A DNA stretch of 63,891 bases, the filler included, from the NCBI GenBank assembly GCA_964501035.1. It is 3 parts of 3 records of this genome, joined end to end, with 100 filler letters (N's around TTAATTAATTAA, not from the genome) between each part and the next. Parts side by side here need not be neighbours in the genome. Positions count along the whole stretch, not along the records: positions 1 to 31,086 come from CAZCRK010000015.1; 2 more parts are not named here. One strand, given 5' to 3'. The translations under genes were made by a program, and so were the position numbers. Shown here piece by piece: positions 1 to 11,500 of this stretch. Numbering within the stretch: position 1 is the stretch's first letter; each line of letters opens with the position of its first letter. The notes beneath the pieces are model-generated. The model was not told where the DNA came from. It saw nothing but the letters and a program-made list of their open reading frames with translations, and did no database searches.

Positions 1-368
1 CTACTTAATATATCTTTAGCAACAGATTGTTTATTAGCAAGAATAGCAACATTCACATTTTGATTGAATAATATATAATGTAAAAGATATGCAACCATTG
101 TCGTCGATTTTCCGCTCTGCCGCGGCAGTTTTGCAATCACAAATCGGTTATTGTGAACAGTTTCAACCATATCTTCTTGAAAATCATAAAGTTTAAATGG
201 AACAAGTCCTTCATCTAGTGAAACTACTTTAATATATTTCTCAATAAAATATACAGGATCTTTAGAACATTTCATATATTCTTTCACCTGTTCTTCGGTA
301 AATTGAATATCAATACCAGCCTCTTTGAGATTGGTGTTTCCTAAATATCCTCCCTGTTTGTCAGTCAT
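1..368 (-). CDS. gp17: Terminase large subunit, N-terminal part (runs off the window)
   Basis: Manual translation: MTDKQGGYLGNTNLKEAG...EYMKCSKDPVYFIEKYIKVVSLDEGLVPF...KLPRQSGKSTT (Walker A), typical of T4-like gp17. Not in the ORF track. Confidence 0.95.
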   Translation of the reverse strand, partial: MTDKQGGYLGNTNLKEAGIDIQFTEEQVKEYMKCSKDPVYFIEKYIKVVSLDEGLVPFKLYDFQEDMVETVHNNRFVIAKLPRQSGKSTTMVAYLLHYILFNQNVNVAILANKQSVAKDILS

Positions 369-846
369 TTATAATATCCGTATCCATTATTGTATCATCT
401 GTAATTGCTTTCGTTCTACTTCGTTCTTGATTTATTAAATCTTGTAATTGACTAGTAGAACCAACATAAATGGATTGGTTGGTTGTATTGTGCTGATTAA
501 GAATTATATCTTCTTTATCAATCTCTTTTACTTTCTTATGCAGTTCCATTAAATCTTTATTAACTTCAGAAACAGTTTTAATCATCTGAGCAGCAACTTC
601 ATAAGCCCTAGGAGCATCCCCCTGAATTGCTACATTTAAAATACCTTCAATCGCATCTTCACCTTGTTTGATAAGTTCCTTCATGTTCTGACGAACTAAC
701 CAATAATCTTTTTCACTATCTTCTGCTTCTATTTCTACCACATTAGCATTAGGTGGATGAACTATTTCTTTAGTAGTTTCTTCTTTTTTAAATTTTACAT
801 CTAATGCTTCAGATAACTTTTCATCTACACTTTTTTTATGTTTCAT
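361..846 (-). CDS. gp16: Terminase small subunit
   Basis: Motifs EKDY..VRQN, PRAYEVAAQMIK, IYVGSTSQLQ; lies between gp15 and gp17; start moved to ATG at 846. Confidence 0.92.
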   Translation of the reverse strand: MKHKKSVDEKLSEALDVKFKKEETTKEIVHPPNANVVEIEAEDSEKDYWLVRQNMKELIKQGEDAIEGILNVAIQGDAPRAYEVAAQMIKTVSEVNKDLMELHKKVKEIDKEDIILNQHNTTNQSIYVGSTSQLQDLINQERSRTKAITDDTIMDTDIIND

Positions 847-1606
847 AATAAAATTCACCGTAAATCTGATTGCCAGCAGTATAACCTTCTCCAGTATAAC
901 CACCAGTAATTCCTATTCTTAAATCGTGTGCGCCTGAAACCGGAAGATTAAATTTCTCTTCTGAACCAAATATATCAATTTCTGATTGTAAAACAACTTT
1001 ACCTGTTTTGATAGGTCCATAGATATATGTCTTTGTTGAAAATTCAAAAGTTGTTGCTAAATTCCTTCTGGTAAAAAAATCACCCTCATATTCTTCTAAA
1101 ACAGAAACACCATTTAATACTATAGGAATATCAATTTTCTTATTAATATTATTAATATTAAATGATACTATAAATTCTGGCGTAAAATAAGGCAAAATCT
1201 GTTCAATAATTTGAAGATTTTCATCTTGATTTCTGGTAAATGCATACAAACCAAATGATATAATATAAGGAACTTCGTTATAGTTGTACGAGTAAGAAAT
1301 ACCATCTTCAGAAACCGCAGTTCTTTTTATGAGTTTATTTGTTTTTCTAGTAGGATCATACGAGAATCCTGTTATATCAAACCCCAATCTGGGTAAAGTA
1401 ATTTGAACTTTAGATGTGTCGGATATGCTACTACTTTCTGCTATTCTTCTTATAAATTTTTCCTTTGGTCCATATGATAAAGGAACACGAATAGTTTCTT
1501 TAGTAGTACCATCTGGATTTTTTCTGATTACTCTAATATCATTGAACAAAGAACCAAATCCAATTACTAATTTTCTAATTGCTTCATTGTAGAATTGGGT
1601 AAACAT
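836..1606 (-). CDS. gp15: Tail sheath stabiliser / tail completion protein
   Basis: FYNEAIRKLVIGFGSLFNDI, VPLSYGPKEKF, LPRLGF, QIIEQILPYFTP motifs; synteny. Confidence 0.93.
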   Translation of the reverse strand: MFTQFYNEAIRKLVIGFGSLFNDIRVIRKNPDGTTKETIRVPLSYGPKEKFIRRIAESSSISDTSKVQITLPRLGFDITGFSYDPTRKTNKLIKRTAVSEDGISYSYNYNEVPYIISFGLYAFTRNQDENLQIIEQILPYFTPEFIVSFNINNINKKIDIPIVLNGVSVLEEYEGDFFTRRNLATTFEFSTKTYIYGPIKTGKVVLQSEIDIFGSEEKFNLPVSGAHDLRIGITGGYTGEGYTAGNQIYGEFYYET

Positions 1607-2532
1607 TAATAATTACCCCCCTCCGAGAAAGGATCCGTTTCTGTAAAGTCAAATATATCATCTTGATCTCTCAACAATTCTAAATCATCTCCATCGCCCA
1701 TATTATCACCATCTTGAGGTTCTTGTGGAATAATCAAAGTAGTAGTTGTAGAACTATTAAGTTCATATTCTGCATTTGATACCGCACCCCTAACAGTTTC
1801 GCTTTCAGCAGTAGAAAGATTACCCACAATGTTTGTAACAGTTAATTTGGTTGTTAATTCATCCCAATCCGTAACAACTGCGGTTGCAGTCGCATCAGCA
1901 AGTGCCGCACCAGTTGAACCAAGCACCTGAAATATTGTTTCACCTTCAAAGTAGTTGATGTAAGTATTAGAACTTATTCTAGTCCCAAGTGCTAATTCGA
2001 CAGCAAATTGTTCTCTTTCGTCTTCAATTTTATCAATATTGCTATATCCGGTGTCAATTTCTTCACCACTATAAGTGAACACCTCACACGAAAGTTTATA
2101 AGTATAAAGGCTACCAACAGAATAAAATGGGTTTTCGTGTTCTACAAAATTAATTTCGAATAAAGTATTACTAAGAGGGAAGAAAATTAAATCCCCTTCT
2201 TTTGGTCTGGTTATGTTTTCATATGAACCAACAGATTCTTCAAACCGTTTTCGAGAAACAACCAATTCTATTCTGTCCTTTATTTGTAACCCAAATTTAG
2301 AAAGAATATCCCCTTCACCCTCAAATCCATCTACAGATTGAATATACATTTCAATTTCATAACCATCGTCAAATTTTGCAATATCATCTTCCCCAAAAAG
2401 TTTATCTTCGTCTATCAGGGTACGAGGAATATAAATCATATTTCTGCCCATTGTTTTTATAATTTCAATGGTAAGATCTTCAACAAGAATTTGTTCTTGT
2501 GTGTTTTCTTTAAAGAAAGGATTTCGAGCCAT
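1606..2532 (-). CDS. gp14: Neck protein
   Basis: NPFF...EQ.LVEDL..E.IK, YIPR, PKEGDLIFFP, FEINFVEHENPFY, C-terminal DFTETDPFSE. Confidence 0.93.
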   Translation of the reverse strand: MARNPFFKENTQEQILVEDLTIEIIKTMGRNMIYIPRTLIDEDKLFGEDDIAKFDDGYEIEMYIQSVDGFEGEGDILSKFGLQIKDRIELVVSRKRFEESVGSYENITRPKEGDLIFFPLSNTLFEINFVEHENPFYSVGSLYTYKLSCEVFTYSGEEIDTGYSNIDKIEDEREQFAVELALGTRISSNTYINYFEGETIFQVLGSTGAALADATATAVVTDWDELTTKLTVTNIVGNLSTAESETVRGAVSNAEYELNSSTTTTLIIPQEPQDGDNMGDGDDLELLRDQDDIFDFTETDPFSEGGNY

Positions 2533-2540
2533 TTGTTTTA

Positions 2541-3344
2541 TTATCCTGTTGTAAAGTCAATGGGATATTCATATGACAACATTAATTCTTCTCTTAGTGT
2601 CATGATTTCTTCTTTTGCTTCTGATAATATTTCCACACCTTTTAAAGAAACTCCTCCCGGTAATTGAACACCCTCAAATTTAGACATATTTTGTCCCCAT
2701 TGTTTTTTAATAAGTGCAGGTACATATTTTTTTAACCAAACATCATTGAACACTTCAGGAAAAATTGAAGAAGGTAATTTCACAAATGCTTCAATAATTA
2801 TATAGTTACCGACAGTAATATCATTTTTCCAGTCTAAATCTAAATTTAATTTATTTGTTACTTTACTAAAACGAATTTGGTGTTCTGGCTGAAACATATC
2901 TTCTATTAAACCGATATATCTTTTAGTAGCATCATACCGCGCTAATCCCATACTCGAATTAAATCCAAGACCCCTATTGATACCAAAATAATCCATTAGT
3001 GCCATTTGATAGCGTACATCAAACATATTAATGTTTGCAAATTGACCAAATTGAAACATTTTAACAATACTTAATATATCATTGCTGTCCATCCCTCCAG
3101 TTGAGCCAATAGGAGAACCTAAATTATTTGTGCTAATATATTGATTATCTTTATCCGCTTGTGTAATTTTATAAGAAAAAAGTTCCCTATCTGAGCCATC
3201 AAAATGCCGTTCAGCAAATAAATCCAACGCTTCGTCTAAACGATCCTCACACTGCTGACGATCAACATTAATTTCAATTACGGGAGAACCCAATTTTCTT
3301 AAAGAATAATCAATAATTTCATCTCTAGATTGTAATTTGGCCAT
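2541..3344 (-). CDS. gp13: Neck protein / head-tail adaptor
   Basis: DYSLRKLGSPVIEINV, HFDG, WLKKY..ALIKKQWGQNMSKFEGVQLPGGV; AGGAG RBS before ATG 3344. Confidence 0.93.
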   Translation of the reverse strand: MAKLQSRDEIIDYSLRKLGSPVIEINVDRQQCEDRLDEALDLFAERHFDGSDRELFSYKITQADKDNQYISTNNLGSPIGSTGGMDSNDILSIVKMFQFGQFANINMFDVRYQMALMDYFGINRGLGFNSSMGLARYDATKRYIGLIEDMFQPEHQIRFSKVTNKLNLDLDWKNDITVGNYIIIEAFVKLPSSIFPEVFNDVWLKKYVPALIKKQWGQNMSKFEGVQLPGGVSLKGVEILSEAKEEIMTLREELMLSYEYPIDFTTG

Positions 3345-3369
3345 CAAAATCTCCTATACCCTTATATTA

Positions 3370-3377
3370 TATGTATA
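3370..3377 (-). promoter_or_regulatory. Putative late promoter variant TATACATA upstream of gp13
   Basis: One mismatch to T4 TATAAATA, intergenic, ~25 nt before the start. Confidence 0.5.
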
Positions 3378-3392
3378 AATATACAGGAATAG

Positions 3393-3917
3393 TCAGTCAG
3401 AAGAATTCGTTGTATCGCTATTTTCTTGCTGCTCTCCTACCATAACAGAGATATTTTGAATAGTGTTGTAATCTATATTTTCAATATAATATTTTCTGGT
3501 AATAGGAGATTCTCCTTCATCAGAAGCACTCACAACATAATTAGAAAATCCTGGCATTTGTAATGGACATGATAGTTTCGGATAATCAAGTTTACCATAT
3601 TGATCTGCTTCTGCTACTAAAAAGGTTCTTTCTTTATCGCCACACCCACAACCACCACAAATATGTTTTGTTGGATCAATTTGACTTTGCTGTAAATATT
3701 CGCATGGTGGTAATTGACCCCCCAAATCCTCATCACCAAAACAACTCAACACTCTAAGTTGTTTAATTGGTTTGTTAATTTTATTATTGGATAAATTTCT
3801 TGATGCAAGCGCAACAGCAAAACTCTGTACCATACTAAATTTTTTCTTTAATCCTCTTTGATTGGGATCAATAGAAGTTTTGCGGAACGAAATATTATTT
3901 TTTTTATCATCTTTCAT
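3393..3917 (-). CDS. Small Cys-motif (probably metal-binding) phage protein
   Basis: R..SC...PPC...HICGGCGC...KL......SCP pattern; GGAG RBS. Confidence 0.7.
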   Translation of the reverse strand: MKDDKKNNISFRKTSIDPNQRGLKKKFSMVQSFAVALASRNLSNNKINKPIKQLRVLSCFGDEDLGGQLPPCEYLQQSQIDPTKHICGGCGCGDKERTFLVAEADQYGKLDYPKLSCPLQMPGFSNYVVSASDEGESPITRKYYIENIDYNTIQNISVMVGEQQENSDTTNSSD

Positions 3918-3943
3918 AATATAATCTCCAATAAATTTCTTTT

Positions 3944-3971
3944 ATTTTAACACAAAAATTTAAAATATCAA
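3944..3971 (-). promoter_or_regulatory. Putative sigma70-type promoter (TTGATA-16 nt-TAAAAT, with extended -10 TG)
   Basis: Read on the minus strand in the gap 3918-3976; AT-rich background lowers specificity. Confidence 0.4.
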
Positions 3972-3976
3972 AAAAA

Positions 3977-5530
3977 TTATTCAATTTTTGCAACAATTAT
4001 AGGTCTTGCAAAAGCAATCATATCCATAGTGCTGCTGCTGACAAAAGAATTATTATTAAAAGTTTGAGTATATACCAAAGGGGTTCCACCAGTATCATTC
4101 AATAAAGTAGAAGACCAATATTTACCTTTCATTTGCCGATAATGTGATTCTGGTTTATTATTATTTAATATTGCGTTTTGTAAAAATTCTGGATTTGAAG
4201 TTTGTTTAAACATAAAGGACAATACTCTTATAGAAGGAAGCGACCAAAAATAACTACCAATACCATTAACTATAAAATCATTTTTGATATCATTGATTAA
4301 TTTAAATGAAGTATTTTTCATATTAAATTCAGAATTACAAACAGAAGTTTTTGGCGTTGATAATTGATTGCTAAAAATTACAGATTCGTTTTTGAAATCA
4401 TTATCTGCAACAATAATAGCATACTCATGTTTTGAATATGATTTCAGTTGCTTTTCAACAGAATCTTTAGATTTACCAAGAATAATAGTTTCTTGTGCAG
4501 GACCAGTTTCTATATTACCAATAACTTCAGTATATTCATAAGGACTATCTACAGAATGATATACACCAAGATACCTGCCAGCAATAAGCCAATCGCCAAT
4601 ATTAAGATTTATAATATCACTTCTTTTAATAGTTTTGTTTTGTATAAAATTTTTAACTATATTAATTTCGTTAGAATCGTCACAGTTATAGTTATCACCG
4701 TTAGGCCTCAATCCCATCCAAAAACCATCACAATTAATCAAAGAAGACATTTCACATTTATATTCCCCTTTATTTTTATTTTGAATACAAGCAGAAACCA
4801 AACCATCCTTTTGATTGATTGTGTTGATGTATTCTTCATCAAATGTTTTTAAATTTGTAACTCGCAATGTGTTATTATATTTTCCTTCTACTCCTAATCC
4901 ACCATGAATTTGATTTGAGTAATATTCACCAACTGAACAATCGGCTTCAAACTCATGAAAATTATCACCACATGCATTATCCGGGAAATATGATCCTGTC
5001 AATCCAGAAGATTGAGCATCCGAGCATTCCTTTTCTGAACAAACATTTTTACAATCATAAGTCCCGTCACCACTATTTACACAACAACCAGCAGGAAAAC
5101 GACTATCATACTCTACATTATTAGTTCCATTTGTACATAAATTAAATATATCTGTAATATCAGAATAATCTGAGCAACTTTTGTCTGCCCCTCCCCACAC
5201 ACCACCTTTAGCGTTACATTCGCATAAAGTAACATTATCTTCTAACCCCCCATTATAATTACTATATCCGTTCTCCGTATGTAAATATTCGTCAAAATCA
5301 TCAACATAAGAACAAGCACAACAACAACCAACTGATCCCAATTCTGGACACAAAATACTACCAATATCTTCCCCTGTTTGAAAATATTGAAAATATCCAT
5401 TAATTTTTAAACATTCACCATAAGTTAACTCTACAGCAGTACCACCAGGTTTACAGCAAGCACCAGTATCTGTAAGAATACTTCCATAATCTGCTATATT
5501 TTTAATTCTAGATCGAAATTGAATACTCAT
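3977..5530 (-). CDS. Cys-repeat protein with C-terminal Lcl/DUF1566-like (C-type-lectin fold) domain; putative fibre or receptor-binding protein
   Basis: Several GACC-type repeats, then WSLPS..L, KYWSST, ARPII motifs. Confidence 0.7.
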   Translation of the reverse strand: MSIQFRSRIKNIADYGSILTDTGACCKPGGTAVELTYGECLKINGYFQYFQTGEDIGSILCPELGSVGCCCACSYVDDFDEYLHTENGYSNYNGGLEDNVTLCECNAKGGVWGGADKSCSDYSDITDIFNLCTNGTNNVEYDSRFPAGCCVNSGDGTYDCKNVCSEKECSDAQSSGLTGSYFPDNACGDNFHEFEADCSVGEYYSNQIHGGLGVEGKYNNTLRVTNLKTFDEEYINTINQKDGLVSACIQNKNKGEYKCEMSSLINCDGFWMGLRPNGDNYNCDDSNEINIVKNFIQNKTIKRSDIINLNIGDWLIAGRYLGVYHSVDSPYEYTEVIGNIETGPAQETIILGKSKDSVEKQLKSYSKHEYAIIVADNDFKNESVIFSNQLSTPKTSVCNSEFNMKNTSFKLINDIKNDFIVNGIGSYFWSLPSIRVLSFMFKQTSNPEFLQNAILNNNKPESHYRQMKGKYWSSTLLNDTGGTPLVYTQTFNNNSFVSSSTMDMIAFARPIIVAKIE

Positions 5531-5557
5531 TAATGTTTCCTGTTAATATGTAGTAAT

Positions 5558-8500
5558 TTATTCATCACATTCGGGATATGGACACGAAGGAAATGTACAT
5601 TCCATCCAAACACATTCTCCAGAAGGTAATTTCACTTTTGTATAATTTTCGTTATTTTCTTCGGTTGGTAAAGGAGTAGTTATTATATCATCAGAATCAT
5701 TTACGGGATCATTCAAAGGCGGAGGCGAATCCGAAGGCTTTGTCAAAGGACAAAAGAAATTGCAATCCCAACACCCTCCGATACATATATAGTCTAGTGA
5801 CGGACAACCATTACTGCAGCCGGGGTGGCATGAACCAAATGCTTCAGTACAACGCGGCTCGCCTGTCGGTGGAGGGACAGGCAAATCTGGCGGCCAACAA
5901 CAACACACATTATGTGGGCAATCACAACAAGGCTCTTCTGCGCCGGGTATATCTGGATTATAGTCTAATTCGTCACATCTTGCATAACCAAAACAAACTT
6001 CACTATCACACCCATCCGGATGCCAAGCAGTACTACAACCCATCTCCTCATCACAACATCTTACAGGAATTTTACCGCACATACCCTCGCATTCTTGCTC
6101 ATTTTCAAACCTAATGCCACCCATACACGCACATTCTCCTTGTCCTTCGCCGGGTCCGGGGGCATACACACACCGACCAAACCCCTGGTTTTCTGGACAA
6201 CAACACCAACGGAAACAACATCGATGATGCGAAGAACAAAGATGGTCACAAACCCCTGATCCTGCTTCTGCACAAGTATTCTCTCCTCCATATTGAATAA
6301 CAAGCATACCACCCGGCGCAAAATCTTCACAATTCGCTCCCCTTGGCATATTCCAACAAGCAGGACCAAACTCCCAACACCCACAACAATGATCTGTTTC
6401 TGCATAGGGTGAATCCGTTGTTCCTGGCGGCGGTGAAGTAGGACTGGGACTGGGAGTGGGAGTGGGACTGGGAGTGGGACTGGGAGTGGGACTGGGAGTG
6501 GGATCGTCATCACATGGGTTTGGTGTACAAGAAACAGAATCGCCTAGATAATCACCATTAGAAGTAGAACAACTTGATTGTGTTGTTATTATACAATTTG
6601 TGTCAATGCAACACGCACCTTGCTCCCCTCCCCCTCCGCACTGTACGCAAGTAGGACAATCAACACAATCAGAACATTCTTCTAAACAACACAAAACATC
6701 TAAACATGATGTGTCGTCTCCGCCATATGTTCCGCCATAAGAAGAAGAACAAACAATTGCTTCAACAGGACCAACGCAAGAACCATCGGGTAAACAACAT
6801 GCTCCTTCAACAGGACCAATATTACACGGATCATCGTCACAACTAGAACCACCACCACTCCAGACACAACTATTACAACTGCAAAAATTTTCTATACTAG
6901 TATCGTGACATATGGGGTCTGTTCCTTCATGTGAGCAACATGCTCCTCTATCACACGGTCCATCTTCGCAATTTATTCCACCAAACCAAACAGAATTATT
7001 TGGATAATCTTCATAACAATCAGAACTTATCATGTAATAACATTCATTCCAATCAAAATTGTTTATAATACAACATGCTCCATATATTCCACCCACTTCA
7101 CAACCATCACAACTTTCAACCCACACATCACCGTCACTAACATCACAAGTACCATCTGAATCACAAATACCATCAGGATGACAACAAAACATCATATCAC
7201 ACCCAATATTACAATCGGAACCGTCGCCTCGATAAATTCCACTACTATTCTGACACTTTTCTGGTGTATAGTCTGGGTAACAAGACCCCCAAATACAACA
7301 TGCCCCTGTTGGCATATCACATGTTATATCATCACAAACTCTATGCTCATACCATATACCACCCACACTAATACAATAGTCTTCCGGCCAAAAATAACAA
7401 TCCCCATCTGGTTGACAGCACGCAGCAAAGGTTTCAGAAGAACAATCTACCTCTAAACAATTAAATCCTTCATGAAATATACCATCCATCGAATCACAGT
7501 CACTATTTGTTGATGATGAACATTCGTCATTAACACAACAAGCATATTGTGGTTCAGAGCAATCTATTTTATCACAATTTGAATAATAAACATCCCCACC
7601 CCACTCCAAACAGGTAGATTCATTCATATTATAGCAGGTGAACTGATCGACGCAGCAGGCAACATTATCAGGATTGTCCCCACATTTACTTTTACATTCT
7701 ACTTCAGTAGAAAACCACGATCCAGACAAACATTCACAAAAATTCATACTCTCACATGATTTATTTTCACAACAATAGCCACCATTTGTACACGATGTGT
7801 CGCCCCATACTCCTCCACAATCTGTGTCTGTGGTTTCGCTACAAGAATTATCTTCACAACACCAATCAATGTCAAAAACACCAGCACACGGACAAGGATC
7901 ATCCTCACAAGATGTACCTTCACCCTTAAAAATTCCTATACCCATACATGAATTTTCTTCTGCTTCGAAACACTCTTCACAATTATTCTTAACACAACAA
8001 GCACCATGCGGTGTAATTGTGTGACAACTACTATCAAAACAACTCATAGAATTCCAAGGATAATTTGAATTGTTGATATCCCCTTCATAAAAGGTTCCAG
8101 CTATTTTATCACTTTCACAATAACATATATTAGTTCTAAAACAGTTATCATAATCTACGGATTCCGAACAACACAATCCCCAACATTCTTTACCTGATGT
8201 CCAAGTTCCGTTACGATCATCACAGTCACTTTGTGTTCTATTTCTACAATAATCAGTCTGTATTGAATAGTCTTCGATTTTTGTTCCTATACCACCACAA
8301 TCAGCACTGTCCGCATAATAAATTCCTCCACCCCACAACATTTTACAATAATTCTCCGTCGAAAGAGAATTCAAATTATCCAAATATTCTGGAATATTAT
8401 TTATACACAAAAGAGTTTGACCACTAATTGATGGTATAAATCCTGACAGGGGCCAAAGACAAGATCTATTGTTATCTGGCTGCATATCACAATTATCTTC

Positions 8501-11500
8501 CCATGGTGGAGGACTTCCTTGTGGACAATGTTCAGGATTACTTTCTATGTCACCGGGAATTTGAGGATCTTTTACCGGAACTCCTCCCTCTCCTGCATCT
8601 ATATAACCAAATCTTCCTTTAACATCTGCTAACCAAGGGCGAGGTCCATCAGCATATTCGCCTATGATAGTACATTCATTATCTGAATATGGAGAAGAAA
8701 AATTACCTCCCCAATAATATCCATCATTGGTACACCTTATATAATTTCCGTACCATACCCTCGGACCCCCTTCATTACAACACACACCAATATCCAAGCA
8801 ATCAATATTAGCACAAGTGTTTCCGACAAAAAATGTATTATTAGTACCCTGCCACCTACACTCATTTTCAAAAACATCATCTTCACATAACTGCCTGCCA
8901 CGACAACAAGCACCGCGCGGTTCACAAGGACAAGGATCATCTCCGCACGATTCCTCATCATACCACACACCACCACTATTATCACATTCTGATCTTTTAA
9001 TGTCTTCACATTGTGCCTCACCACACCCACCATCTAGTCCAGCACAACATGCACCAAGATTATCACTACCATCACACGCCGGACAAGGATCAACAGAACA
9101 AATTCCAAAATCTGTGTTTGCTGTCCAACCCCCCCCAAAAACATTATTACAAACCTCTTCAGAAACATAAAAACAATCACCACAATCACCTTCAGTACAG
9201 CAATACCCGAGGTCATCAGGTTCGTTATTACAGGTTGGACACGCAGTCTCACCATCATAGCATAAATTATCAGAAGGACAAATACACGCACCCCAAGATC
9301 CCATACACTCCGCAGAGACTTGACAACACCCTGCACATTCATGCCATGTTGAATTTTCACCACTACAATGACTCTTATTCGTGTATCCACAAGAGCGTGT
9401 TGCATTTTGTGGTTCAATACAACACCCACCTATACCACTAAAATAATTATGGTAATTATCATTACAATTATTTAAATCACAAGTGCTATTCATTATCCAA
9501 CCGCAATGGTGTACCGAAGAAATTCCTGTATGATTTCCGGGGCTATATGGACCCTCACATATACCTTGACATTCTGACCATGTTACATTTTCATTACACA
9601 AATAACCACCATCACTACGGCAAGGAAGATAGCAACAACTTCCTTCACAAGGCCAATCAACATTAGAATTGCCGCACAATTGTCCGGCATGAAACTCTCC
9701 ACCTTTATCATCACACTCTGAATTGTTTGTATTATCACAACGCGGTACTGTTTCGAAACCAGATGTCTCCACATAACAACACGCACTAATACCAAATTCA
9801 CACAATCCCTCAATACAAAAATAATGTTCTGAATACCATGTTCCTTCAGTGCAAGCAGATTCAGTGGTTACTTCACAGTCTTTACCAGTACAACAAACAC
9901 CGGGACAATTACCGCACTCTTCTACAACAATTCCAGACATTATATGTTTACAAGTATATCCAGGCATTCTGGTACAAGTTCCTTCAACACAACAATGAAC
10001 CCAACATCCTTCATCGATATTAATATTATCTGGATCATCAGGATCACAAGAAGCATTCGACCAAAAACCCCCCTGAGAAGAACAACCACACCTACCCATT
10101 TCTTCACATTCGCCATTAACAAAACAACAAGCACCAATAGCAGAACAATCTTCAAAACTAACAGCCACCGAACACAATCCACCATGCCCATCCGTTTCGT
10201 TACACGGTACGCAAGCCCCATCAGGACAACAACATGCTCCTGACTCACCCTCACAAGTAATAGGATCTATTCCGCAAGTTGAATCACAACAAGTAGTATT
10301 TTCTGACCAAACTCCTCCCACCTCATTACATTCAGTTAGAGTAGTTAATGTACAGTCACAATATATATAATTCCCATTCCCATTAGGATCACATGGACAA
10401 CCAGAACCGAAGAAATCTTCGCACGGATCAGTGCAACATGCCCCAACCGGGTTATCACAATCAACACCATCACAAGGCCAAAAATCATACCACACGCCGC
10501 TCCAGGCGGCACAAACCTCATAAGTCATATCAGCATTATTATATGTGTCATAACATGTCCAATCATCAACACAGCACGAACCCGGACAATCTCCACCAGA
10601 ACTATTATTTCCGCATCCACACCCACCCCCTCCACACTCTCCACTTCCATCATAACAACCAATTCCACAGTGGACAGATAATGGTATATCCGATTGACAA
10701 TCATTAGGATTCGCTCTTAAATCATCACATGTTGTCCCTTCACCATACCAATAATTTAGAGGATGAGATGATAAAGGACAAGTACAAAGAGGCCTTATAG
10801 TTTCTACACAGTTACAATTTCCCTGACCATCTACATTATATACACAGCAAGCCCCCCGTTCCCAATCGCCACAATATGCGCATAGTGGTGCGCATAATTT
10901 TTTATTACAAACATCTACACATCTACTATTTCCTTCTCCCACACCCGCACAATCATCATGATCTGTACATTCTCTTGTTTCATTACCATCCAATATACCA
11001 TAGTAACAACTATTTACATCATCTGGACACACAAAGTCATTATCTGGGCATCCGCGAGTTTGAACACAACTTGTTCCATTATCATCATGGTTATTAACAC
11101 AAGTACATCCCCTATAGAATCTTCTTTCTTCCGGATCATCATCTAAAGGAGCAACATTCGTGCATACATCTGAATCATAATACATCCCACAACATTCCGA
11201 TGGTGGTTCAGGTTGCCAACTATCTGTCCAATCTTCATCCTCCTCCGAAGCATCCCAAGGAGAACCATCAGCAGAACCACAACTACACCCACAAGCATTA
11301 GTACTTAATAATTCGTCACAAGTATTAATGAACCATATATCACCTGAACTTTCACATTCATTTTGATTCATTGTCACACAACTATCACCAGCTTGACAGC
11401 AACTACCAGAAGGAGAACAATAAATAGAATCACAATCTTCATCCAATGTGAATGTTCCCCCCAACATACTACACTGATTGTTTGTTACACCATCTATACA

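Noticed and set aside
5531..5557. In-frame junction between the 2144-aa and 517-aa genes
   Set aside because: Two TAA stops plus an RBS and a promoter-like motif; these are ordinary separate genes.
6441..6502. CRISPR or telomere-like interpretation of the G-rich repeats
   Set aside because: No spacers; the repeat is in-frame coding for a Pro/Thr/Ser linker.
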